Below the pieces are notes generated by a model, which saw nothing but the letters and a program-made list of their open reading frames with translations, made no database searches and had not been told where the DNA came from. A stretch of DNA of 64,000 nucleotides from assembly GCA_963707915.1 (NCBI GenBank), contig OY970178.1, forward strand, positions 3,168,001 to 3,232,000, written 5' to 3'. The stretch comes from Candidatus Eiseniibacteriota bacterium. GTDB lineage: Bacteria > Eisenbacteria > RBG-16-71-46. The first letter of the stretch is position 1; every line of letters begins with the position of its first letter. Below are positions 27,162 to 42,921 of the stretch, one piece after another. Position numbers and translations under genes: made by a program.

Positions 27162-27866
27162 ATGAACCCGCCGTCGCCCGAGTCCCCGAACCGTCCCACC
27201 GCCGCCGGTCGGCTCCGCACCTACCTCATCGCGGGACTGCTGGCGATCGCGCCCACCGCCATCACGCTGTGGGTGCTGGTCGTGCTGCTCAACTGGACCG
27301 ACAACCTGCTCGGGCGCTACCTGCGGTTCCACGTGCTCGGCGACCACCGTATCCCCGGGCTGGGCCTGGTGGCCACTTTCGTCCTGCTGCTGATCGTCGG
27401 CTGGATGGTGACCGTCATCGGCCGCTGGCTGGGCGGGAAGCCGATGCTCCGGATGTGGGACCACCTGCTGAGCCGCATCCCCGGCGTGGGCCTGCTCTAC
27501 GGCTCGACCAAGTCCTTCGGCGAGGCGTTCTTCCAGAGCCGGGCGACCACGTTCAAGCAGGTGGTGCTGGTGCCCTGGCCCACTCCCGGGATCTACCGCA
27601 TCGGCTTCCTCGCGGCGCGGGCGAGCGCGAGCGTGCGCCGGCACCTCGGGGATGACATCGAGGTCGTGTTCCTCCCGCACACCCCCAACCCGGCCTCGGG
27701 CTTCGTCCATTACGTGCCGCGCGCCCAGCTCGTCTACCTGGACTGGGCGGTGGAGGAGGGGCTCAAGGTCATCGTCTCGGGCGGCGTGCTGCAGCCCGGC
27801 GAGTTCGCGGCGACCGCCGCGCCCGGCCCGGCCCCGTCCCAGGAGGGCCCCGGTGGCCCTGGTTAG
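27162..27866 (+). CDS. DUF502 family membrane protein
   Basis: RTYLIAGLL..P, IPGLG, RIPGVGLLY, VFLPHTPNPASGF, GLKVIVSGG. Confidence 0.9.
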   Translation: MNPPSPESPNRPTAAGRLRTYLIAGLLAIAPTAITLWVLVVLLNWTDNLLGRYLRFHVLGDHRIPGLGLVATFVLLLIVGWMVTVIGRWLGGKPMLRMWDHLLSRIPGVGLLYGSTKSFGEAFFQSRATTFKQVVLVPWPTPGIYRIGFLAARASASVRRHLGDDIEVVFLPHTPNPASGFVHYVPRAQLVYLDWAVEEGLKVIVSGGVLQPGEFAATAAPGPAPSQEGPGGPG

Positions 27867-28628
27867 CGCCGAGGGGATCGTCCTCAAGACGCACGCGCTC
27901 GGCGACACGAGCCGCATCGTGGTGGTCTACACGCGCGAGCACGGCATGGTGCGCCTGGTGGCGAAGGGCGCGCGCAAGACGCCGAGCCGGTTCGGCTACG
28001 CGCTCGAGCCGCTCTCGCGCGGGCGCTACGTCTACTACTTCAAGAACGACCGCGACCTGCACCTGCTGTCGCAGGCCGACACGCTCGCCGCGACCGGCAG
28101 CCGGCTCGCGGAGCTCACGCGGCTGGCGCACGCCGAGGCGGCGCTCGAGCTGATCGACCGGCTGGTGTGGGGCGAGGAGCCGCACGCGGAGCTCTACGAC
28201 CTGCTGGTGCGGGTGCTCGAGGCCGTGGTGGTCGCGCCCGAGGCGGCGCTGCCCGCCATCACCATCGCCTTCGAGCTGCAGGTGGCGAGCCTGCTCGGCT
28301 ACCGCCCGCGGCTCGACGCCTGCGCCCAGTGCGGCGGCCCGCCCTCGTCGGCGCTGCTCTTCTCGCCGGCTCGCGGCGGCATGGTGTGCGACCGCTGCGC
28401 CGCCGAGGGCGGCGTGATGAAGCTCTCGGCCGACGCCCTGGCCGGGCTCTCGCTGCTGCTCTCGCGCCCGGTGGGCGAGGCCGGCGACTACGTCGAGGTG
28501 AAGCGCGCGGGCGAGATCCTGCGCGTCATCGAAGCCTTCCTGCGTCACCACTTCCACCGCTTCCAGGGCCTGCGTTCGCTCGAGCTGCTGCGCGCGCTGC
28601 AGGGCCCCGGCTCGTCGGAGGCTGCCTG

Positions 28629-28629
<1 letters not shown>
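27853..28629 (+). CDS. recO: DNA repair protein RecO
   Basis: [20 protein letters not shown]....AKGAR; zinc motif CAQCG...GGMVCDRC; upstream of glyQ. Confidence 0.92.
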
Positions 28630-32510
<3,881 letters not shown>

Positions 32511-32582
32511 GCCCGCGGTGACCCCGGCCGGTTCCCCGGGTACGCGCCGGTCCCCCGCGTTCCGCGGCTGCGGGCGGCGCGC

Positions 32583-33497
32583 GTGACGGACGAGGCCGGG
32601 CGCGTCCCGGCGACGCGCTGGATCCTGGCGTACGGCGCCGTGTGCCTGTTCTGGGGCGGCACCTACCTCGGCATCAAGTTCGCGATCGAGTCCATCCCGC
32701 CGCTGCTGATGGCGGGTCTGCGCTACCTCGTCGCCGGGACGCTGCTCCTCGGCTGGTCGTGGCCGCGCGACCGCGAGCGCCTCACCGCCCGCCACTGGGG
32801 GGCGGCCGCCGTGGTGGGCGGGCTGATGCTGTTCGGCGGCAACGGCGGCGTCAGCTGGGCCGAACAGCGCGTGCCCTCGGGGGCCACCTCCCTGTTCATC
32901 GCCCTGGTGCCGCTGTTCATGGTCCTGATGGATGCGCTCCGTCCCGGCGGCAGGCTCCCGGGGCGCCGCGTGTTCGCCGGGATCGGGCTCGGGCTCGCCG
33001 GGCTGGCGCTGCTCGTCAGCCCCGAGCAACTGGCGGGGGCCGGCCGCATCGACACGCTCGGCGCGCTGGTCCTGGTGGGTGCGACCCTGAGCTGGGCGGG
33101 CGGCTCGATCTACTCGCGGCACGCGGCGCTGCCGTCCTCCCCGCTGCTGGCGACCGCGCTGCAGATGCTGGCCGGCGGCGCCATCCTCCTGACCGTGGGG
33201 CTGGCGTGCGGAGAGGGGGCGCGCTTCCGGATCGAGGCGGTGACCCTGCGCTCGTGGCTGGCGATGGGCTACCTCGTCGTCTTCGGCTCGATCGTCGCGT
33301 TCACGGCGTACGTCTGGCTGCTGCGCGTGAGCGCCCCGGCCAAGGTCGCGAGCTACGCCTACGTGAACCCGGTGGTCGCGGTGGCGCTGGGCTGGGCGCT
33401 GGGAGGCGAGGCGCTCACGCCGCGAACGATCGCAGCCAGCCTGGTCATCGTGACCGCCGTGGCGCTCCTCACCAGCGCCCGGGCCGCCCGGCGCTGA
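32583..33497 (+). CDS. EamA/DMT family transporter (YedA-like)
   Basis: WGGTYLGIK, GGNGGVSWAEQ, FGSIVAFTAY, SYAYVNPVVA; 10 TM. Confidence 0.92.
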   Translation: MTDEAGRVPATRWILAYGAVCLFWGGTYLGIKFAIESIPPLLMAGLRYLVAGTLLLGWSWPRDRERLTARHWGAAAVVGGLMLFGGNGGVSWAEQRVPSGATSLFIALVPLFMVLMDALRPGGRLPGRRVFAGIGLGLAGLALLVSPEQLAGAGRIDTLGALVLVGATLSWAGGSIYSRHAALPSSPLLATALQMLAGGAILLTVGLACGEGARFRIEAVTLRSWLAMGYLVVFGSIVAFTAYVWLLRVSAPAKVASYAYVNPVVAVALGWALGGEALTPRTIAASLVIVTAVALLTSARAARR

Positions 33498-33649
33498 CCG
33501 GGCGCGACCGGGTCCGCCGGCGGGACACCGGGCCCGGCGCCCTCCGGCGGGACGCGGGGACCGGGCCGTCCCGGCCCCGCCTCGTCGGCGCCTGAAGGGC
33601 CGTGCTACCCTGCGCGCATGGTCCCGACCGCGATGAGAGGGCGACCGGC

Positions 33650-35464
33650 GTGAGGCTCCGCCGCCTGGTCCCGCTGCTGGCGCTGGCTTGGCTCGCCAGC
33701 TCCTGCGCCTACTACAACACCTTCTACCTGGCGCGGAGGTACTACTTCAAGGGTACGGCGGGGCTGCCCTACCTGGTGGACAAGCGCGACCAGTCGGGCG
33801 CGCAGAACTTCACCAAGGCGATCGACTTCTCGAAGAAGGTGATGGCGAACTACGCCAAGTCGAAGTGGGTGGACGACGCCTACCTGCTGTGGGCGCGCTC
33901 GCTGCTCGGCCGGGACGATCCGCGCGAGACGGTGAGCATGCTCCAGGACTTCCCCGTCCGCTTCCCCGACAGCAACCTCAAGACCGAGGCGCTGTTCTAC
34001 CTGGGCGTGGGCCTGCGGCAGTCGCGCCGCAACGGCGAGGCCGAGGAGACGCTGGCGCGGTACCTCGAGCAGGTCCCCCGGGGCGACCTCGCGCCCTACG
34101 CGTGGCTCGAGCGCGCGCGCGCGCTCACCGCGCTGGACCGCGATTCGGCCGCGGCGTACTGCGCGAGCCAGGTGCTCGAGCGGTTCCCCCGGAGCCCGCT
34201 GGGGCCGAAGGCGCAGGCCGCACGCGCCCAGGCGCTGCTCGACTCGGGGGACTACACCCGGGCCCGCGCCGACTACCAGGCCCTCGGACGGAACTCGGTG
34301 GACGACGACGAGCGCCTCACCTTCCTGTTCCGCGAAGCCGACTGCCTCGAGGCCTCGCGCGCCCTCGACGAGGAGATGGCCCTGCTCCGGGAGGCGCTGT
34401 CGCACGAGCGGCCGCCCGCCGTGACCGAGAACGCCAGCGGCCCGGTCGCCTACCAGCCCACGCCGGGGGGCGACCGCTACGGGCGCATCCTGATCCGCAT
34501 CGGCACGGTGGACCTGCTGGCGGAGCGGCAGAAGCCGGCGCTCGACGCCTACCAGGAGGTCCGGCGCCTGTACCCGAAGTCGCCGCTCAGCGCCGAGGCG
34601 CAGTACCGCATCGGCTACGCGTTCGAGACCATGGGTGACGACTTCGAGCGGGCGCGCAGCGAGTACGCGCGGGTCAAGGACGAGTTCCCGAACTCGGCCT
34701 TCTCCACCCAGGCCGAGGGCCGGCTGACCAACTTCGACCGCCTGAGCCAGTTCCGCTCGGCCGGCGGCGACACGCTGCAGAAGCGCGCCGAGGCGGGCTT
34801 CCTGCTGGCCGAGCTGTACCTGTTCCAGCTGGGCAAGCCCGAGCGCGCGCTCGAGGAGTACGGGAAGATCGCCACGGAATTCGCGGGCACGCCGTGGGGC
34901 GGCAAGGCGCTGACCGCCCAGGCGTGGGTGCTGAGCCGCAAGCTCCAGCGGCGGGCCGCGGCCGACTCGCTGCTCTGGGTCGTGGTGACCCGGTACCCGG
35001 CCACCGAGTCCCAGCTGGCGGCCCGCGACTACCTCGAACAGGAAGGCATCGTGGTGCCGGACTCGCTCATCAAGATGCCGATCCCGCTGCCGCCCCCCGT
35101 CGCCGACACCTCGCGCCTCACGCCACCCCCGGCGGGGACCGTGCCGCTCGGCCGCTCGCTGGCCGCCGACAGCGCGGCGGCCAGGCCGCGGGGCGAGAGC
35201 CTGCTCGGGCGGGCCGCGCCCCGCCGCGGGTTCATCCGCCGGTCGGCCGAGCTGCGCACGCCCTGGGATGCGCGCTATGCCGGGACCCTGAGCGGGTCAC
35301 CGGGCCTGGCCGGCGACATCCCGTACCGGGGAGGCACGGACGGGACCGCCGCGGACTCCGCGCGCGCGCCCGTCACGGGATCGCCGTCGCCGCCCGCGGT
35401 CGCGCCGCGCGATTCGGCGCGCGGCGCCGCTGCCGACAGCCTCCGCCGCATCCTCGAGCGCTGA
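33650..35464 (+). CDS. TPR-repeat lipoprotein
   Basis: GTG start after GAGAGG; lipobox LASSC followed by AYYNTFY; repeated TPR-like helices (FP.S...EA.Y..G); Pro/Ala-rich tail. Confidence 0.8.
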   Translation: MRLRRLVPLLALAWLASSCAYYNTFYLARRYYFKGTAGLPYLVDKRDQSGAQNFTKAIDFSKKVMANYAKSKWVDDAYLLWARSLLGRDDPRETVSMLQDFPVRFPDSNLKTEALFYLGVGLRQSRRNGEAEETLARYLEQVPRGDLAPYAWLERARALTALDRDSAAAYCASQVLERFPRSPLGPKAQAARAQALLDSGDYTRARADYQALGRNSVDDDERLTFLFREADCLEASRALDEEMALLREALSHERPPAVTENASGPVAYQPTPGGDRYGRILIRIGTVDLLAERQKPALDAYQEVRRLYPKSPLSAEAQYRIGYAFETMGDDFERARSEYARVKDEFPNSAFSTQAEGRLTNFDRLSQFRSAGGDTLQKRAEAGFLLAELYLFQLGKPERALEEYGKIATEFAGTPWGGKALTAQAWVLSRKLQRRAAADSLLWVVVTRYPATESQLAARDYLEQEGIVVPDSLIKMPIPLPPPVADTSRLTPPPAGTVPLGRSLAADSAAARPRGESLLGRAAPRRGFIRRSAELRTPWDARYAGTLSGSPGLAGDIPYRGGTDGTAADSARAPVTGSPSPPAVAPRDSARGAAADSLRRILER

Positions 35465-35629
35465 GCCCGGCGCGTCTGGTCGGCGTGAGGGCCGTGCCGG
35501 GCGGGTGCCACCACGGGAACCGGGCGGGGTGCTGGGGCGCGGCACCGTGGCCCCGGGGCCGCCCCTTTCATAACCCGGCCCGCTGCAATCCCTTGACTTC
35601 CCCGGCCCCGTGGCGTAGCCGTCTAGGGA

Positions 35630-36226
35630 ATGGACTCGGTTCCCCGGCGTAGTTCGCAATTGGAGCCAGGCCGCGAGGCAAGCCTGGTGCGGGCGGCACA
35701 GGGTGGCGACCCGGCCGCCTTCACGGAGATCGTGCGCCACTTCCAGCGCCCGGTCTACCGCGTGGTGTACGCACTGACCCGCAACGCGAGCGACGCCGAC
35801 GACCTCGCGCAGGAGACTTTCGTGAGGGCCTACCAGGCGATCGGGCGGTTCCGCGCGGGCGAGCCGCTCTACCCATGGCTCTCGCGCATCGCCGTGAACC
35901 TGACCTATTCGCTCTTCCGGCGGCGCAGGCGCAGGCCGGAGACCTCGATCGAGCCGCTGGTGGAATCCGGCCGTCAGTGGGCGGGGGACGACGACCCGTC
36001 CGAGCGCGCCGCCGAGTCCGAGCGGCACGAGCGGCTGGCTGCGGCCTTCGCCGGGCTGTCGCACGAGCACCAGGCCGTGCTCACCCTGCGCGTGGTCGAG
36101 GACATGTCGTACGACGACATCGCCCGCACCCTGGGCGTGCCGGCCGGGACCGTGATGTCGCGCCTGTCGCGCGCGCGCGCCGAGTTGCGCGCGCGGCTCC
36201 GGGCGCTAGGCGGGGAAGGAGCATGA
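35630..36226 (+). CDS. ECF RNA polymerase sigma factor
   Basis: GDPAAF, AQETFVRAY, WLSRIAVN, SYDDIARTLG.PAGTVMSRLSRAR. Confidence 0.93.
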   Translation: MDSVPRRSSQLEPGREASLVRAAQGGDPAAFTEIVRHFQRPVYRVVYALTRNASDADDLAQETFVRAYQAIGRFRAGEPLYPWLSRIAVNLTYSLFRRRRRRPETSIEPLVESGRQWAGDDDPSERAAESERHERLAAAFAGLSHEHQAVLTLRVVEDMSYDDIARTLGVPAGTVMSRLSRARAELRARLRALGGEGA

Positions 36227-37614
36227 GCCACCTGACGGACGAACAGTTGAGCGCGCTGGCGGACGGCGTGCTCGAGGGCGGCGCGCGCGCCGCGGCCGAG
36301 CGCCACCTGGAGACCTGTCCGGATTGCCGTCGGGCGCTCGCCGGTCTCGTGGCCCGGGACGGCGCGCTGGCCTCGTCGCTGGCGCACGATCCGGGCGAGG
36401 CGTACTTCGAGTCCTTCGCCGGCCGGGTGGGTGGTCGCATCCGCGCGGCGGGCCTGGCGGGCGCGCAGGCGCGCGAGCCCGGGGTCCGCAGCCTGGCGGA
36501 GTGGTTCCGGGTGCCGCGCAAGCTCGCGCTGATGGGGGCCCTGGCGACCGTGGTGGTGGGGGCGGGCATCGTGATGATCGTCTCGCGCGAGGCGCGTGTC
36601 CCGGTGCTGAGCGAGCAGGAGATCGAGAGCCGCGTGGCGCAGGAGGCGCCGCCGCCTGCGCCATCCGGGAGCCGGCCCCTCGCCCGCGACGCGACGCCGC
36701 CCGCCGCTCTGCGGCCCGCGACCGGGGCGACGGCCCCGCGGTCCGCGGCGCGCATGGAGAAGGGGACCGCCCTTCCGCGGGAGGATACGCGGGCGAAGGC
36801 GAGCGTCGTCCCCGGCGCCGAACCGGCCGCGCCGGCGGCGGCGGATCGCGCGCCGGCGAGCCGCGCCTACGAGGTGCGGCGCAACGCGGCCGGCGACGAC
36901 GTGCCCGTCGGGCCGCCCGGCGGGGTCGTCCGCAGGCCGCCGCAGGCCGTACCTACGCCGCCCGCCATCGCTCCCGGCGAGCCCGTGCGCGTGCGGAGGG
37001 TGCGCGCCGCCGAGCCGCTCGGCGCGGGGCAGCCGGCGGACGCCGGGTCGCCGCAGGTGCCGCCGTCCACCGCCGGCGCGGAGACCCGCGCGCCCACGGC
37101 CGGACCGGGTCCTTTCGCCACGGTCGGCAAGCCGGCGTTCGAAGAGGAATCGAGCCGGGCGGCGGGGCCGGTCATGGGGCCGGTCACGGAGCCGGTCGTC
37201 ACGGCCTCGAAGGAAGCGGCCGCGGCCGGCCGGTTGCTCGGCCTCGCGGACCGGGGCCGCGCACTGCAGGCGCCCGGGACGCCCGATGCGTTCGATGGGC
37301 TGCCGGCGCGGTCGCGCGACGCGGCGAAGCACGCCCGGCGCCTGACGAAGCTGGCGGAGACGATCGGCCTGGCGCCGGCATGGGACTCGGCCGCCGCCGC
37401 GTGGGAGCAACTGGCCGGCGACGTTCAGGGCGGGCCGCTCGAGAGCGAGACGCGCTTCCAGGCCGCGCGGGGCCGTTTCATGGCGTGGCAGCGGTCCGCG
37501 GGCGAGCGGCGCGGCGCGCAGGCCGCACAGGCGTTGCGCGCGTTCCTCGCGGGCGCGCCCGAGGGGGCCGAGCGGGACTCCGCCCAGGCCTGGCTGGCGA
37601 GGCTGGGGAAGTAG
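36223..37614 (+). CDS. Zinc-finger (ZAS) transmembrane anti-sigma factor with long Pro/Ala linker
   Basis: HLTDEQLSALADG...HLETCPDC, one TM; ATGA overlap with the sigma gene. Confidence 0.82.
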   Translation: MSHLTDEQLSALADGVLEGGARAAAERHLETCPDCRRALAGLVARDGALASSLAHDPGEAYFESFAGRVGGRIRAAGLAGAQAREPGVRSLAEWFRVPRKLALMGALATVVVGAGIVMIVSREARVPVLSEQEIESRVAQEAPPPAPSGSRPLARDATPPAALRPATGATAPRSAARMEKGTALPREDTRAKASVVPGAEPAAPAAADRAPASRAYEVRRNAAGDDVPVGPPGGVVRRPPQAVPTPPAIAPGEPVRVRRVRAAEPLGAGQPADAGSPQVPPSTAGAETRAPTAGPGPFATVGKPAFEEESSRAAGPVMGPVTEPVVTASKEAAAAGRLLGLADRGRALQAPGTPDAFDGLPARSRDAAKHARRLTKLAETIGLAPAWDSAAAAWEQLAGDVQGGPLESETRFQAARGRFMAWQRSAGERRGAQAAQALRAFLAGAPEGAERDSAQAWLARLGK

Positions 37615-37632
37615 CGCCCGCGGCCGGAGCGG

Positions 37633-38019
37633 TCAGCCGGCGGACGCCTCGCGCGGCGAGCGCAGGCAGGCGTCGCGCACCGCCTCGCACAGTTCGCCCG
37701 CGTCCACCGGGCGCGGCGCGAAGTAGATCGGGCGCAGCGGCTGGATGAGGCGCCGCACCTCGAGCGAGGCGTGGCTCGCCACGACGACCAGCGGGAAGTC
37801 GGGCGCGAGGCGACGCAGCAAGCGCAGCGTGACCAGGTCGTCGTCGCGTTCCGGGCAGAACGCGAACAGCACGGCCTGGTGCCGTCCGCAGGCGACGGCA
37901 TCCACCAGCGCCTCGGTCGTGGAGGCCGCGCAGACCTCGCAGCCACCGCTCGCGAGCACGCCGGCGAGCGGGGGCTCGCCTCCCTCCCGGGATTCGAAGA
38001 CGATCACGCTGGGCACCAT
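37633..38019 (-). CDS. Atypical single-domain receiver-like protein
   Basis: Receiver-like beta/alpha pattern (VIVFES, AVLFAF, PLVVVAS, YFAPRPVD..EL..AV) without the canonical Asp and Lys. Confidence 0.65.
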   Translation of the reverse strand: MVPSVIVFESREGGEPPLAGVLASGGCEVCAASTTEALVDAVACGRHQAVLFAFCPERDDDLVTLRLLRRLAPDFPLVVVASHASLEVRRLIQPLRPIYFAPRPVDAGELCEAVRDACLRSPREASAG

Positions 38020-38032
38020 TCCACCCTGCAAT

Positions 38033-38048
38033 AGCAATCCGGGTGCCT
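38033..38048 (-). promoter_or_regulatory. sigma54 -24/-12 promoter AGGCACCCGGATTGCT
   Basis: GG-N10-GC, matching TGGCAC-N5-TTGC; adjacent to a sigma54 activator gene. Confidence 0.75.
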
Positions 38049-38155
38049 GAGCGTCGTGCCGCGGGGCCGGGGGGCGGGTCGGCCCGCAAAGCCCCGCGAT
38101 TCCACGCTCTGGCCCATCGAGCGCGCGTGGCGAGGAGGCGGTCCGGGCGGGGCGG

Positions 38156-38191
38156 CTGCCACGCTGTCAGGTCGCCGCCGACAAGTGGCAG
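38156..38191. promoter_or_regulatory. Putative upstream activator (enhancer) sites
   Basis: Two imperfect palindromes, CTGCCA-CGC-TGTCAG and CCGACA-AG-TGGCAG, 110-145 bp upstream of the sigma54 promoter. Confidence 0.45.
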
Positions 38192-38266
38192 GCCGGGGCG
38201 GCTGATCGCCGGGCCGAAGTCCGGCCGGCCGGGCGGGCGGGAGGGCCGCCGCCGCCGGGGGGCCGG

Positions 38267-39620
<1,354 letters not shown>

Positions 39621-39628
<8 letters not shown>

Positions 39629-40784
39629 CGTCGCCTCCCGGGCCCTGCACCGGCAGCTCGATGATGAAGCGCGCACCCTCGCCCGGGCGGCTCTCGACCC
39701 GGATGGTGCCGCCGTAGCCGGTCACCGTGCGCTGGGTGATGGACAGGCCGAGGCCGGTGCCCTGGCCGATCGGCTTGGTGGTGAAGAACGGGTCCCAGAT
39801 GCGGTCGAGGTGCTGCGGCTGGATGCCGGGGCCGGTGTCCTCGATCTCGAGCGTCACCATCGAGCCCGCCGGACGGCTGCGCACCGTGAGCATGCCGCCC
39901 TTCTTCATCGCCTGCACCGCGTTCATGCACAGGTTCATGCACATGCCGCGGATGCCCGACTCGCGCGCCCAGACCGGCGGCACCTTCGGGTCGAGGTCCT
40001 GCACCATGGCGATCCCCTGCTTGGCCATCTGGTAATTGAGCAGCGAGAGGGTGTCGCGCACCGCGCGGTTGAGGTCCACCCACGCGGTCGCTGCGCGGTA
40101 GGGATGCGCCAGGAGCAGCAGCTTCTCCGTGGTCTCGGTGCAGCGCTGGGTCTCGCGCTCGATGCCCTGCAGGACGCCGTCCATGTCCTCGCGGTTGCGC
40201 GCCGGGAGTTGCTGCTCGCGCGTGAGCCAGCGGCGCAGCCGTTCGACCCCGGCGAGGATGGCGGCCATCGGGTTGTTCAACTCGTGCGCCACGCCGGCGG
40301 CCAGCGTGCCCAGCGAGGCGAGCCGCTCGCTGTGCGCGAGCTGCGCCTCGAGATCGCTGCGCTCGCTGATGTCGCGCCAGACCTCGACCACGTGGCTCAC
40401 CTCGCCGTCGGACCCGATCACCGGATTGTAGGTGGCCTCCCAGCGCCGCTGGGCGCCGCCCGGGTCCGTCATGTTGCGCACCCGGCGCACCGGGCGCTTC
40501 AGGTCGATGACTTCGCAGGCCGAGCAGCGGCCGGTGCCGGCGTTGGCCGCGGCGTCGGGGCAGTGCAACACGTCCATGCAGTGCGTGCCGATCACGGCGG
40601 CGCGCCCCGGCCCGAACGCGTCCAGGTAGCGGCGGTTGGCGGCCACCACCTTCTGCGAACGGTCCACCACCACCACCGCGTCGCTCAGGGCGTCGATGAG
40701 CTGGGGCAGGATGTTGCGGACCTGCTCGATGTCCATCCGGCCCGGGAAGGAGGCCGGGACGGAAGCGGGCTGCGGAAGCGCCAT
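39621..40784 (-). CDS. Cytoplasmic PAS-domain sensor histidine kinase
   Basis: PAS region with four Cys; ERLASLGTLAAGVAHELNNP, NAVQA, DTGPGI, PFFTTK, GTGLGL; no TM. Confidence 0.93.
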
Positions 40785-41062
40785 GGACTCCTCGGAAAGA
40801 AGGACGACTGGCGCGGCCAGCGGGGATGACGGTCGGTCGGGCACGCGGCTGATGACAGTAGCACAGGTCGGAGGGGCCCGACGAAGCCGGCGGGGCGGGG
40901 GCGGCCGGAGCGGAGCGCGGTTGACCTGCCGCCGCGCGGCCCCTAACGTCGCGCCCGCTTTCGACCGTCTGGCAGGTGCTGGAGCGGATCAACCTGGACG
41001 AGCCCGGCTGGCGCGACACCCTCGCGCGGTCCGCTCGTCCCGGATGCGGCGAGGAGGCCGAG

Positions 41063-42781
41063 ATGAGACTGCCCGGAGCGCCGGAACGGCGTCGGGATCG
41101 GATCGCAGTCGCCGTCCTGTCCGCGGCGACCTTCCTGCTCTACTTCTCGCTGCGCGCGCTCGAGCAATCCGGCGACAGTCTCAGCTACGCCTGGTCGGTC
41201 GAGACCGGCCGCGGGCTGTTCCATCCGCATCACCTGGGCTTCTCGCCGGTGGTCCGGGCCATCCACCTCGCCCTCTCGGGGCTCGGGATCTCGTCGGACC
41301 CGCTGTTCGCCGCGCAGCTCCACAACGTCCTGTGGGCTTGCGCGGCGGTCGCCGGGCTCTTCCTGGTGGTGCGCGCCTTCGCGAGATCCTTCGCCCTGGC
41401 GGTGGCGCTCGCGTCGCTGCTCGCGGTCTGCCACGGTTTCTGGCGCTTCTCCACCCAGGCGGAGGTGTATGTGCCGGCGACTGCCTGCCTGACGCTGTAC
41501 ACCGCGCTGGCGCTCCGCCCTGAGGCGGGCCGTCGCTGGCACGCCCGCACGCTCGGCCTTGGCCTGCTGCTCGCGCTTGCCGTGCTGTATCACCAGACCA
41601 GCGTACTCTTCGTCGTGCCGCTCTCGCTGGCCGCGGTCGCGGCCGGGCGCTGGAAGGGGGCGCGCGAAGCGCTCGCGGCGATGGTCCTGGCGGGCGTGCT
41701 GGTCGCGCTCGCCTACGTCGCGGCCTACACCCTGGATGCCGCCGGCCCGCCGACCGCCGCCGGGTTCGTGAGGTTCTGCCTGCTCTACGCCGACCATCCG
41801 AACCCGGGGTGGGGGACGCTGGCGAACCTGAGCCTGGAGGGCGTGGGCCGGTCCCTGAAGTCGCAGCTCGCGAACGTCGTGCCGCTGCCGGTGGGACGTG
41901 CCCGGCCAATCGTCCTGCTGGCCGGGGTCTTCGGCGTCGCGCTCGCGGCGCTGGCCGTCGCCGCCACGCGTGCCGCCCGGCGCGCGCCGCTGCCGCGGAC
42001 CGTTCTCGCGCTGGCCCTCTCCTGGCTCGGCACGTACTACCTCTTCTTCCTCTGGTGGCTCCCGGGGGAGAGCGAGTTCTACGTCACCACGCTGGTCCCG
42101 CTGCTGCTGCTGCTCGCGCTGGTCCTGAGCCGCACCGGTGCCGGGGCCGAACGGCCCGGCGGCTTCCCGGCCGGCCGGATCGTGGCGGTCGCCGTGGTGG
42201 CGCTGCTCGGCGGCAACCTGGCGTGGTCCGTGTGGCCGGCGCATCGCTCGAAGGGGCCGGCCTACGCCACGGCCGCGGACCTGGCTGCGATGCGTCCCGC
42301 GGCGTGCACGGTCATGTCGGGTTACGCGGAGCTCCAGAACCTCCGCTACTACTTCGGGATCGAGCACACCACCGAGACGCTGCTGCCCCTGCTCTGCGCC
42401 TACACCCGGCCGTCGATCCCGGAACGCTACCGCGTACCCGCGGGTGAGTGCGTCGTCGTGCCGCTGGCGTTCCTCCGGCCGGGCTGCGACCAGGGGGGGC
42501 TGAGCGGCCTGAGTCGCCCGGCGGGCTGGTGGCGCTTCATGCGGTGGCTGTTCGCGGTGGAGGACTCGTCGGGGGCCCCGCTCGCCAGGAGCCCGAGCTT
42601 CGCCGCGACCTGCGGGGGAGAACCCTACGTGATGCTCTCCGCTTCGAAGCGGCGCTTCCGCTCGTGGGACGAGTTCTTCGCCGAGCTGGACCGCCTGGGC
42701 GGCCGCGGCGCCCCCGCCGACACGGTCTTCCGCCGCTGGCTGGACGCGAATCGCCGGCAGCTCGCGGACGGCGGCGGGTAG
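41063..42781 (+). CDS. Polytopic membrane protein, putative GT-C glycosyltransferase-like
   Basis: GAGGAGG RBS; GDSLSYA, FHPHHL, FSTQAEVY; many TM segments. Confidence 0.65.
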   Translation: MRLPGAPERRRDRIAVAVLSAATFLLYFSLRALEQSGDSLSYAWSVETGRGLFHPHHLGFSPVVRAIHLALSGLGISSDPLFAAQLHNVLWACAAVAGLFLVVRAFARSFALAVALASLLAVCHGFWRFSTQAEVYVPATACLTLYTALALRPEAGRRWHARTLGLGLLLALAVLYHQTSVLFVVPLSLAAVAAGRWKGAREALAAMVLAGVLVALAYVAAYTLDAAGPPTAAGFVRFCLLYADHPNPGWGTLANLSLEGVGRSLKSQLANVVPLPVGRARPIVLLAGVFGVALAALAVAATRAARRAPLPRTVLALALSWLGTYYLFFLWWLPGESEFYVTTLVPLLLLLALVLSRTGAGAERPGGFPAGRIVAVAVVALLGGNLAWSVWPAHRSKGPAYATAADLAAMRPAACTVMSGYAELQNLRYYFGIEHTTETLLPLLCAYTRPSIPERYRVPAGECVVVPLAFLRPGCDQGGLSGLSRPAGWWRFMRWLFAVEDSSGAPLARSPSFAATCGGEPYVMLSASKRRFRSWDEFFAELDRLGGRGAPADTVFRRWLDANRRQLADGGG

Positions 42782-42876
42782 CGCGCGGAGCGGGGGACGG
42801 GTCCAGGCGCCCGCCAGGTCGCGGACCGCGGCGCGGCGCTGTCCGCGGTCCGGCGCCGTCGGCCGGGTGCGGCACG

Positions 42877-42905
42877 TTGACCTCCTCCGGGCGAACACCT
42901 AGCCT
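42877..42905 (+). promoter_or_regulatory. sigma70 promoter TTGACC-N17-TAGCCT
   Basis: Near-consensus, at the head of the polysaccharide locus. Confidence 0.65.
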
Positions 42906-42921
42906 GCGCCCTCGTCCGTCA

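Noticed and set aside
35594..35620. Promoter upstream of the second ECF gene (TTGACT...CGTAGC)
   Set aside because: Could be read as either a sigma70 or an ECF promoter and fits neither well; not assigned.
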